This document shows positions 43,109-54,426 of a stretch of 64,000 bases of DNA, one piece after another. The notes under the pieces are model-generated. The model was not told the DNA's origin, did no database searches, and was given only the letters and a program-made list of their open reading frames with translations. The DNA comes from Blasia pusilla (taxonomy: Eukaryota). Positions within the stretch are counted from its first letter, which is position 1, and each line of letters opens with the position of its first letter. The DNA is taken from positions 49,662,001-49,726,000 of the forward strand of contig CM114271.1 in assembly GCA_050084515.1 (NCBI GenBank). Direction: 5' to 3'. A program made the translations under genes and the position numbers.

Positions 43109-43959
43109 AAGTAGTGGAGAGATGAAGATTAGGCAATACCGAATTTATGATTAAAAGTTACTATAAGAAAAATATAAAAAGTAATTGAAAAGGAAAAGTG
43201 ATGGATATGGTATCGGAAGAGGTGGCTCAAGAATATGAATTTATAATGTCCTAAACGTATGTAGGGGCGAAACAATAAGGTAAGGAGTTGAAAGAGCAAG
43301 GAAGACTTTTGGGAGGAATTGACCTAAAATAAACCCGTACACAAAAATAGGCGCCTACAAAGAAGGAAGAAAAAATAGAAAACCTACTTGATATCAAAAG
43401 AACAAGCTCGTCAAGACGATCGAAACAGGCCCAAACACGCCCAAAACCAACATTCGAGAAGAAAGTTATGAAAGAAATTGGAAACATCGAAAAAGAGGAT
43501 GTGGGGAGTAAGTGAGCCACCCACCAATGACCGCTATGAGGGAATGAGTTCGAAATGTTGGGCCCAGCCCGTATCAAGAGATCCACAAAAGCAAGAGGAA
43601 TCTCTTAAACCGATGGTAACCCGATATCACTCTATAAGGAGAGCGCTATGTTTGAAATTGCGTATAAGAATCTATGAGCACATTTAAGAGAGAATGAGGT
43701 CCAAAGATCCCAAGAACTTTGGAAATCTTAATCTTAAGTGGAAAAAAAGAAGAACCCAAAGTTCAAGCTTGAGAAGATGAACATATTAGACTTTAAATTG
43801 AAAAAATTGGATCACCATGAAAATAGTTACAAACAAAATTTTAAACGCCATTGTCTTCCTCCATAGTCCTCCTCCTCCTCAAGAGCAAGCATTTCCTTCC
43901 ACATATGTTTCCTCAAAAGGCGTTTGGAGTAGCAAGATTTTCCAAAAATTTACATTCTA

Positions 43960-46900
43960 CTATCATGTATTATAATAAGAGAAAGAAAATTCCATTATTC
44001 CTGCTGAGTTATTAGAGGCCATCGGATAGAAAGTTCGGATAAACTTGAACTATTTGTTCTGTAGCATATTCCATAGGAAGACAATGCCACGACGGAATTC
44101 GATGGTAAGAAAGTTTGCCCATAGCCTCCCAGTGATGGCTAACTCCATTTTTAATTATTTCATCGCCTTTTTTCATTGAAGGCAATGTGGACAATCGGAA
44201 CACGTATTTATAACCATTAATAAATATCTGAGGTATCTTTATGTTATCTATTTATTTATTCCGTGCTTTTGGGTTGTCGGGTGGAAACATATCAGGCAAC
44301 ATACTTTGAAAAGGCCTAGCTACACCTAAGCCGATCTGGGACATAGTTTGAACTTTGAGAAGCCTATCTTGGATATATAAGAATCTTATCTTTCACAAGA
44401 GATTTCCTTTCCGGAGATGGCATCGAAATATTCTAGTATCCTGCAACTGATATACAAAAAATGTCTCTCCATCCCCATGTTTAATTTTGTAACAAATTCT
44501 CCCATTTTTAAGTTCAGAATTATGACTTACGTGCAAACGTTTCACACATTTATGTTTGTCATTGCTTGGGCCCTTCATACTTGGATAATATTTTTCCGAT
44601 TAGATTTTTTTAAGGAATATACAATTTAATAGAAACCTTGAAAATATGAAAACCTTGAGTTTTTCCGATTAGATTTATGCGGCCAGAAAATATCATTGGA
44701 ACTAGGCTTCGAAAAGTTTCCACATTAGATATTCTTTGAAAATAATAGTTGCAATTGGGGTTGTAAAATTTTCTGAAAATTAGAAAAGAGTAGTTACAAT
44801 TGGGGTTGGAAAATGTTCTATCGAATTTCAACGGATTAATAGCCATTAAATTCTTTTCCAAAAATAAATGTCCAATTAAATTTAGGTGGCCAGAAAAAAA
44901 TATCATTGGAATTGTGCATCGAAAGGCTTTCACCTAAGATATTCTTTGAAAATAATACTTGCAATTGGGTTTGCTTTCAATCAACGGATTGAAAGTCGTT
45001 GAGATATTTATCCAAAAATTTATTGGAAAATATTTACTGAAAATAATTTCCTAAAATTTAGTTTGTCCTATTTTCTTGGAAGGAAGTTCATGTCGTTAGA
45101 TACCACTGAAATCCCACTTTCCATAGTTTTTTTCCCTTGGCCCCATGGTTTAAATATTATAACGGTTTCAACAAATGAGTTTTCCATCGCTAGATGTTTT
45201 TCAAACTTTAAAAAATATCGACTTAGAAACCCACTTAGGATTTCTTTTTAGATGGGAGGGACGGACTTATTTTTCAATATATTAGAATTTGATGATTTAA
45301 TGTTTCTGATGTGACATAGACGGCGTTCTTTCTCAAAAAAACTGGTTGAGATATTATTTATATTGGATTTTATTTATTTTTGGAACTTGTTATAAATGTC
45401 TGGTTGTAATGCATATTTTTTTGGTCTATTTGATTTCATCGACCCTTCATTTCCACTTTTTGTGGTCACCAGTCCTATTTCATTGATTTTAAAGAATTTT
45501 CCAAGTTTTTATCTACACCTCACACGATTTTTGTCTAAATATTTTAACGGAAAAATGTAAACATACAGTTTTCAAACTAACAAAAAATTTAAAAATAGTA
45601 CCTACAAAATATGAAATGATCAAGTTCTTCGTTCTTCATGGGTAATATTCTTCGTAAGAGCAGCCAGCTGACTTTGAGAATCCCCAAGAAGATCTCCAAA
45701 TTCAATCAAAATTCGCGTTTCAAAATTAGGCTCTCTTTGTTAAAATTGAGATTCTGAGAAAGACTGGCAGGACTTTCGAAACTTCCATCCCCCTCGTCTC
45801 TTATCGAAAGAAAACCGTTACGTGGATATGTGTTGTGATATAAAAGCACTGTGTACACACTCATGGTAGACAACCTGGACAGGACACTGAGGACATGTGT
45901 TGCCATTTAAAAGCGCGTGACCGTGGACGGGCTTCCAGACATTCTGTTGCGTAGTAGGATGATATCCCACCAGTTTGACCTTTGAAATTGGGTTCTCATC
46001 CCTAAAAGGATAAAGGTTGTGGTATATTAAAAAAATAAGAAAGCAGTTTGCGAAAGGAGCATTGAGGAACAATGTATCCTATTATCAATGTAGCAAGGTT
46101 TAACAAGATGGAAATTAACGTACTCAAAGCTTTCTATTTTCTTAAAAGAAAATATTTGAATAGGGTTTTATGCAAATACACCCAAGTGCATTGGCGGGCA
46201 ATGTTAAACTAGTCACGAAAAATGTCGCAACAAACTTAAGAAAGTCTAGAAAAAGTCTCATGTGACGTCGACTAAAATAAACAAAAAGTTACGAAAACGC
46301 GTCTCGAAGCCTAATAAAACGGAATTCAATGATAGGAATATAAAGACCCAAAATCATAACATATAAACTCTCTAGTTAAATAAGGTACAAATTTCTCGAG
46401 TTTTCACGAAGACACAACCAGAAAGGGGAGGGTGGGAGGTATCCGAGTGAATGGCCCCCTTCTTTGGAAGGTTCCCATTTCCCTATCTTTGGGAAATGGG
46501 AACCTTCCGAGGGACTTGTTTCTTAATCGGATATGAGCTTCACATGTCTGGATGGAATTTAATCCAATGATTTGAAATATATCCTTCAAAATGGGCAGCA
46601 AGAAAAACTTTAAGAATCTTTGGACAATACGATTATTGGCCATGGGTGATATACTGTTGGAAGGGGGATAAGATCGTCTTTCAAACCACATAATTTTCTA
46701 TTTAAAATATTCACAAGTGTATATCGTATGTACTCTCCAAACAAGTATGAACTAGACCGTCCTAAAATCACCCTAGGTGTTCAGCCTAAGAAATTACCAG
46801 TGTACAAACCGTGCTTTCTTTGTTGACTCCAAATATATAATTTTTTATGACGTGAAATAGAAACTCAATTTTCTACCCATCACCAAAGTGTCAAGTAGAT

Positions 46901-48050
46901 AGATATTTATAGATTAAAAACAATTCTTTAATAATCGTACAGATTTTCAAGGGACCAATCAAAGGAGTCCATAGGATTCTGTTTTGGGCCCACTCCCCAG
47001 GGAGCCGATAACCTTCGGACGCGTAAGTTGTTGAGAGGTCATTAGAAGGATTGGGATTTAGGTGGGAGGTTCGGAATTTGAGGGTCTGGCAGTGGGAGCC
47101 AACTGCGGGGAAGATCGAAAACGACACATTTGATGCGCGCAACGGTGCTTTGACTTGTCTAGGGAGAAGTTGAGATTTGTTTTTTTCCTGCAGGGAAGGA
47201 GCGCCAGGTCTCGAGGCAAAGAATCTATTGGTCGTGGGGTCGTCAGTCGATTTTAGTGTGATTGTGAACGCCGGAGTGAGTGAGCGTTTTTAGGTCAGAG
47301 ATTAAATCACGGGTGGGAGGGATTCCAACTGTTGTTGACTGCTTGGGGTCGCGTCCTCCTATCTTGATTCTCATCTGGCCCTCCTAATTTCATCTGCACG
47401 TATCATGTAACCAGCGAGTAGTGAGCAATCGTTGTTGCGCCTCGCTGTTTTTTAAGTGTAATAATAAATAGAAAATAGGATGGGAAACCCATCAGGATAC
47501 AAATGAGGGGGCAGAAAAAACAACCTCAAGGGGCCAAAACCGGCCCCGAGGAGAAAGGAGGGGCCTTCCCCCTGCTGTTACTCCACCGGAGTTGAAGATG
47601 GTACTTGTCATTCCTGCTCTTGCAGAGTGCCTCATGAATATGTTTCATAAGTGGGAAGAAACGGTACCACCTTTCCCGCAAAGTTGTCTCCCAAATACAT
47701 GAAAGTGATTTTTCATCACTTTTCATGAGGTACTGACGCACTCTGAAACTGGGTGTACACTTCAAGGGGCTTGGATAAACTGAAGCGCCTCGGACACGAA
47801 AAGCAGGTAGGTGCTTTGGAACGGGAGGCAGCTACTTGCTTTGTTCCATTGGTTTACCCATATGAACGAACTAGGATTCCTACGTTGCAGTTAGGTCTCG
47901 ATTTGGTTCCGGGTAAATATCTCAGCCTCGATTCGCTATGGCGATTCGGGGAGGAATTAGGGTCGGCGTCAGAGCTTGATGCGATTCCCTCAAGCTCCAT
48001 AGTTTTGATAGCATATCGAAATTGGTGAGCATATGTAACTGACAAGCATT
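43960..48050. other. AT-rich island with decayed ORFs of unknown origin
   Basis: Long frames with few stops at 44012-44578 (-), about 45050-45510 (-), about 45620-46000 (-) and 47480-48028 (+); no recognisable domain. Confidence 0.45.
46466..46508. repeat. Perfect 18-bp inverted repeat with 7-nt loop
   Basis: ggaaggttcccatttccc-tatcttt-gggaaatgggaaccttcc. Confidence 0.95.
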
Positions 48051-48109
48051 AATGCATTCATGAAATGGGGATCGGAATATTATATTATACCCATAGAAGC
48101 TGGATATAA

Positions 48110-48288
48110 TTTATATAATTAAAGAGGATGGGATTTGAGACGTGTTCATTTTGCTTTATGGATGATGAGATTTTGACATGTGTAATACAAAATTAACATT
48201 AAAAAAAGAATAAAATTTAAATTAATGACCAAGATGTCCTTTCTTATCGGTGATTTTCATTCGTACATAGCGCGGGCATTTTGTCAGT
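48110..48288 (+). mobile_element. Putative mini Helitron
   Basis: 5' tttatataattaaagaggatggg; 3' cgtacatagcgcgggcattttgtcagt resembles a decayed hairpin plus CTAG-T end. Confidence 0.4.
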
Positions 48289-48825
48289 CCCCCGTAAAGA
48301 AAAATAACTTAGAAGATTGTAACCATTTAGCTTAAAGTGTATGAAAAGTTTGTATGAAACAAAGAAAGGACTAAAAAGCCGTAGCACTTCATAGAGAAAG
48401 GCATTTAAGAGAACACTAGTCAAATGCATGGGCATCATAATGTAATGATTAAAATGAATGATTACGGCCTTTGTAGGTCACCAATAGTGTGGGAGATCAA
48501 GCATACCACGATTTGCCAACCCACCAATTGGAATGTACAATTTTCTAGTCATATCACTTAAGGCCTTTGATTTTGACTACATAGAAGCCATCCAAGATAT
48601 TGCACATGGATCTTTGGTATTTTAAACCTAGATATTTGTAAGATGCATGCTTCTAATATTTGAGTGTTGAGAAGTCTTGCGCCTCATGTAAGTGGATGCA
48701 CATACGAAAAGGTTGATCCATCAAGAGAGCATTGTTATCCAATCTAGGGATCATCTTTGGTGCACAAAGACACCGTAGGTTGATTGCTCTAACTATTATT
48801 GTGACACAAAATGAAGGCCCTGATT

Positions 48826-49412
48826 TATCGTGCCCATCATTACATAACCATGCATCTTTGGCATTGATTATAAGCATACACACAAGATACCATATTCACT
48901 CAGAGGATCTGAACACTGAGACGATCATGTACCAAAATATTCAAATAAATCAAAAGTACTTTGATACTGCATACAAATTTCAACAAACCAAACTTACTCT
49001 CCTAATAAGAAGCTTGGGTTATTCTTAAGGCAAGGAGGACTATATCTCCACCGCCTCGTGCCAAGAGGTTCAACAAAGAGAGAATGAGCTCCATCTCTTT
49101 GGATATATCTCGTCCTTCTCCCAAACTCTCTCCACAATAACTTGAGCTCGCAAGTTATACTTCCTTTGCTCTTGACTAGATATAGGGGATCAAGAGCCAT
49201 TATCCTAAGTGGAAAGGAAACTATGCTCATAAATGAAACTATCTTGAAAATAAGTTGTTCAATGTGGCTCCAAACGAGCCAAAAAAGGGGGAATATGCTC
49301 TTTTACATTACCAAAGACCTCAATAAGTCATTCTTGACCTCTTGAGACTAGATGTCGATCTCCTTGAAGGTGCCCTACGAATACTCTTCGATCCATCCTA
49401 AAAAATGTTATA
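48826..49412 (-). repeat. LTR (3' LTR of the Gypsy, decayed)
   Basis: Shares gccaagaggttcaacaaagagagaatgagctc and other blocks with 53782-54426. Confidence 0.8.
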
Positions 49413-49861
49413 GTCATCGTATGCATACACATCGCTATACAACATACATCATTGCCAGTGACTATAAATATATGCACACAAGATATCATACTCACTCATG
49501 GCATTTGAATACCAAGACAATTGTGTACAAAAATATCTCCAATTGCCCCCCTAGTTGGTGGTTAGATCTGTCTAGCTCCACATAGTTTTCTACCCCTACC
49601 TACCATGAGACACATCTCTAGGACCTTAAGAGCAAAAAGGCTCGACACTCATGTGGCCCCATTATCAATTTCCTTCATGTCATCCATGTCACTAACGCAA
49701 GTCTAGATTTATGACTAGCTACTACCTACTCTATATAAATTTGGGGCACACCCATCGTCCTCGAGAAACCATATATAGTGAGAGGTGGCGTTAGATATGC
49801 TATATATCACCCTCTCAAACATCCATCACAAACTAGCATAGTGGCTACATTGCAGGCAGAT

Positions 49862-50168
49862 CAACGTTGCATGTGAATAAATTCCACGTCCACGGATATG
49901 TTCATGTTTGTGGACTGACGTCAGTCATATGGAAGGACTTATCCATCTGGGCCCTACCTTCCCCTTCTTTCAAATTCCCAATAGTTTGCCTATATGTTCT
50001 ATATTTTTCCGTTTCTTCTTCCCTCCATCCCCACTCCCTTCCCCTTATTGCCCCACTTAGCCTTGCCATACTAGGCTCCTTTCCATCAAGAACTATAAGT
50101 ATGGGCCCCATCTCTTGTAATCTATGTCTGTGGACATGTCCAAACTTGTCCGTTTTTGTGTAACCATG
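49862..50168 (+). mobile_element. hAT-type MITE, copy 2
   Basis: Ends caacgttgca...tgtaaccatg; flanks aggcagat/gggtagat are a 6/8 match (two transitions), consistent with an aged 8-bp TSD. Confidence 0.75.
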
Positions 50169-51524
50169 GGGTAGATCCTTACAACATACAACGCAAGCCC
50201 TTAGGGAGTACTGCCACGCTTGAATCACTTACACCATCAATGTTAGGAAGATGATATGATATATAATTATGCTTACGATCCTTTCAAACCATATCATTAT
50301 GTCCCTCCAATAAGAGAACACCATATGGAAACACCTCACACACTCTTAAGATAGTGCGCCATGTTGTCACATCCAACATTATAGGTGCCATCAAATGCAA
50401 GTAGACGTAGTCTTCTTGATAGAACTGGTATGTTCCAGCATTTAGAGGGGGCGCCCATGGATGATTACCATGAGTTCTCCCATAGATATGCCCAAGAGAT
50501 TGAGGCATGGCGACTCTACTATGACCCACACTATGTGTCATGGACGGAGCCGTTCCTAGATGAGGAGGAGGGGTCAGGAGAGGCTACTTCCTCTTCCACT
50601 AGTGATGTTTTAGGAGGGGTCACTCGCACTGGAGCAATTGCACCATCTAGTCGGGTTAGTCCCAGGTTCAACCCCGTGGTTGAATTCTTCGCTGAGTTGA
50701 CAAGCATATCCCCGAATAGGCGTATCTTTCAATCTATCTGGATACTACTTAATAGCTGATTCTCACAAGTCATGAGAATAACTCTCTTAAACAACTCAAA
50801 GCTCTGAGAATATGCTTGCATCCATACATCAATGTCATCGAGATTCAAGACCTCACCAATATCACGATGAATGGTTGTAGGATGTTCATAGAAGTGCTCG
50901 ACCATTACCAACACTTAACGAGAGGTAGTGGTTTGTCAAAGGTGCTACAAAATCCCAACTCCATCTATAGCTAAAATCCATAAATAGTAGTAGATGCAAT
51001 TGTGAAGTCAAAGCATTGAACCATGCTCGAACTCAATCACTCACCATGCATATGGCAAGAAAATTTTGTATGTCAATCTACTTGTCTTGCCACCAATACT
51101 ATATTTGGAACAAGTTGTACGTCCGCCTTATTCCAAAGTTTCCAAACTCCTTGTGGGCATTATTCACCAAGCGTGATCTCTACAAGCAATGAGGTACTAC
51201 ACATACTCTATCATCCTCCCATACCCGTAAAACATATGTTTCCTCCCACTCGAACCATCTAGCTCGTTGTAGGATCCGATCTCACTCCCACAATGTACTC
51301 ACGATTTTGCTTATACACAACTTAAAGACTACCCTATCCTCATAGATACCTCGACCGCTTGTCGCCTCCTCACATGAACCAAACATGCCCAATGGATCCC
51401 CCGCCCTAGTTTTTTTTTGATACCTCAGTGGCTTGCACCGGCTCGAGATGCGAGAACGCGTGTCGAGTCAGATTGCGGGAAGCAGGCACAAATCGGCCCG
51501 CAGGTAGCCTCCACCGGTCTGCCC

Positions 51525-52137
51525 CAAGGTTGTATATGGACAAAGCTCGTGTCTGCGGACATGTCCATGTCTGTGGACTTACGTCCGTCCTATAGAAGGA
51601 CTTGTCCATGTGGGTCCCATCTCCCCTTCTTTCTCATCCCCCACTTGCCTTCGTGATCCATACTTTCTCATTTCTTCTTCCTCCCACGTCTATTCCCTCC
51701 CCTCTTATAAACCAACCCACCCTTGCCTTGCCTTCTACCATGAACTAGAAGTGTGGGCCCTACCTTTTAAAATCCATGTCCTTGGACATGTCCAAACTTG
51801 TTCGTCCATGTCCGTTTTTGTGCAAGCATGACCCACCGTAAGACATTGGTCCACGACCAAGTGTGCATAAGGCGGGCTAGGATTTAGGGCTCTCGCTCAC
51901 ACTATGTAGGCCAAAGTCTGTCTTGTGGGCTTGGTCGTGGGCCAATGCGAGCTTAGAGCGTCCTGATACGTGGCTAATGGGTTCTTAGACTAAGTGTGGG
52001 TTGGTCGAGCCCGGGTCTACATTGCGGGAGGGGCAGGGCTTGTATGCGAGCCGTGGATACTTGGGTCTGTATGAACATGTCTGTCCTAGGGACGAATATA
52101 AGTCCGCGGACATGGGCTTTTTCCATGTGTAACCTTG
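51525..52137 (+). mobile_element. hAT-type MITE copy 3 (51525-51830) plus an inverted extra terminus ending at 52137
   Basis: caaggttgtatatggacaaagctcgtgtctgcggac versus the reverse complement of the 52102-52137 end, caaggttacacatggaaaaagcccatgtccgcggac. Confidence 0.7.
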
Positions 52138-53781
52138 CTCACATCAGTCACATGTCTCTGGATCTAAAGACTTTCCATTAGACCTAGCCATTAAATTCCA
52201 AACGCTTATGTTCTCCATAGCCAACAAAACCAAATAAGCGGATGGGTGCCAATTGGGCAACATCTCCTCATCACTCTCTTCAAGCCAACAAGCTTCAGTT
52301 GCATCTTGCTGACTCGAACATGAGTTATGACTCAACCCATATGCATCTTCGTTGAGCACCACTTGGAAATCATACTCCTACAATAATTTAATCCACCTAA
52401 TAATCTTCCTAGTAAGCTTGTTGGACTCCATCAACCACTTAAGTGGTTTGTGATGAGTAATGATGATAAAGGGATTGCCGAATAAGAAATACTTAAAATG
52501 TGCGACAACCCACACTATAATTAAGCACTCACCTTTAAACAAGCTATACTTTGCCTCTGTAGCATTGTTTGAGAAACTAGCACAAGCCATCATAAACTCT
52601 CTACCCATCATCATGTTAGGTGAGCATTGCTCCAAGCCCCAACATACTCCAATTTGTATGCAACTAGGAAGGAAGCCCCTTAATAGGTCTCCTCATTATA
52701 GGTGCAAATGTCAATCTATCCTTGAGCAGTTGAAATGCTCTTTCCTACTAGTCCGTCGAGTGCCACTCATGATCTATCTTGGTCAACAAGGTTAGTGGCT
52801 TTGCTATCAAACTAAAATCTTTGATTTATCGTCGATAGAAATTTTCCAATCCCATGAATGCCCAAACTCGACTCACATCCATAGGGCATGGAATGCGTGA
52901 GATAGCCTCCATCTTCATCTACCCAATACCAAGGCCACCTAGGTATATTATATGATCCAAGTACTCAATATGTTCATAGTAGAACTTGCATGGATGTTGC
53001 TTTAGTCCATATAACTACAATTGTTGAAACATCTCCTTGAGATGTTGCTCATGCTTCTCAACCATGACGTTGAAGACTACAATGCTAGCAACGTAACATT
53101 GTGGATGAAATCATATCCATGATCCTATAAAACTGTCTCAAATATTCTTTAACCCAATGCTAATAGGAAAAACCACCACTCGTTCATATAAGGATTGATG
53201 CCAAAAAAGTGGTATCTTATTTGTTCTCCACTCTAAGAGGCAGCCGATGATATCCAGCTTGGAGATGTAAAGACTTGAAAACCTTTGCATACCCAATAAC
53301 ATCAAAGATCTCCTTATATTAAGATTCCAATAAGTATGCATCACATATCTATCGCACTTCGTCTATCTATTCATAAGTCAATAATCTCCATATTTATGCC
53401 TATATGTCTAGTTGCCATGCATATCCTTCTTGGCAAGCATGACAGTGGCACATGAACACTCTCTATACTACATCTCCATTAATCCTAACTTGAACAAGTC
53501 CTCTCTCTTGCTCTAAATCAAAAACCTCTTCATATCATTGTAATTCTAGGGTCGTTGAGAGATCAACTTGTCGCTCAACAACTCAATTCGGATGCTTGGA
53601 CCCTTCAATATACTTATACCATACATACTAAATTCAAAAAAATCCTATGACTCATAAGGAACCGATGCGTTTGGCACCGATGGTGCAACCCCATCCACGA
53701 TAATAGAACTCGGGTGCTCCTTTATAACCAACTTGGAAAACTCAACTCCCGATGCTTCTTGGTGTGTAGGTTCATGCACCA

Positions 53782-54426
53782 TGTCGTGCGCATACACATC
53801 GCTACACAACATACATCACTGTCACCGAACACACACACACAAACACACACGATCCCATGCTAACTCATGGCATCCAAACAACGAGACAAGAAGTACCAAA
53901 ATATCTCCAATAAAGTAAGATCCAATCTCTCTCTACACAATCTCACACCATAGCTCTCAAAGGTGTGCACTCTCTCTCATGTCAAACCAAACCCACTCTC
54001 CTAATGAGAGGCTTGGGTTACACTCACAAGGCAAGGGACCATAGCTCCGCTGCCTCATGCCAAGAGGTTCAACAAAGAGAGAATGAGCTCTCAAGCTCTC
54101 TCTCCTTGGAATATATACCCCTCCCCTCTCCCAAGCTCTCTCCATGATAACCTATTCTCCCAAGTCACCTCTTTGGCTCTTGACCTGATGTAGGAGGTCA
54201 AGGGCCACTTACCAGAAATATAAAGTCGATCATATACTCAAAATGGTACTTACCTGAAATACTAAGTTCCTCAATATGGCTCCAAATGAGCCAAAACAAA
54301 TGGGAAACTTGCTCTCTCAGGTTTCCCGGGGCCTCAGCAGATCATCCTCGACCTCGTAGGCCTGTCCTCCACTACTCTTGAAGACGCTCTACTAGATCTC
54401 ACCGATCTATCCTAAAGGACGTGACA
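53782..54426 (-). repeat. LTR (5' LTR of the Gypsy), about 645 bp
   Basis: TGTC...GACA termini; related copies elsewhere in the window. Confidence 0.8.

Larger units (their letters stand above)
48826..54426 (-). mobile_element. Decayed, internally deleted Ty3/Gypsy LTR retrotransposon (Tcn1/Chlamyvir-like) with nested MITEs
   Basis: Related LTRs at both ends. RT remnant SCATVMLAKKDMHGN*TYRHKYGDY near 53450, RNase H NATEAKYS...GECL...HHKPLKWLM at 52378-52635, integrase C-terminus LDVTTWRTILRVCEVFPYGVLLLEG near 50300. Order RT-RH-INT. Confidence 0.8.

Noticed and set aside
46466..46508. Geminivirus/CRESS origin of replication
   Set aside because: Loop lacks TAATATTAC/NANTATTAC, and no HUH or SF3 helicase motifs were seen nearby.
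43960..48050. Stops explained by C-to-T decay or organellar U-to-C editing
   Set aside because: Every stop codon is one C/T change from CAA, CAG or CGA, so this is uninformative; no organellar gene was recognised.
53760..53781. Primer-binding site TGGTGCATGAACC next to the 5' LTR
   Set aside because: Position and TGG start fit, but it could not be matched to a tRNA 3' end without a search.
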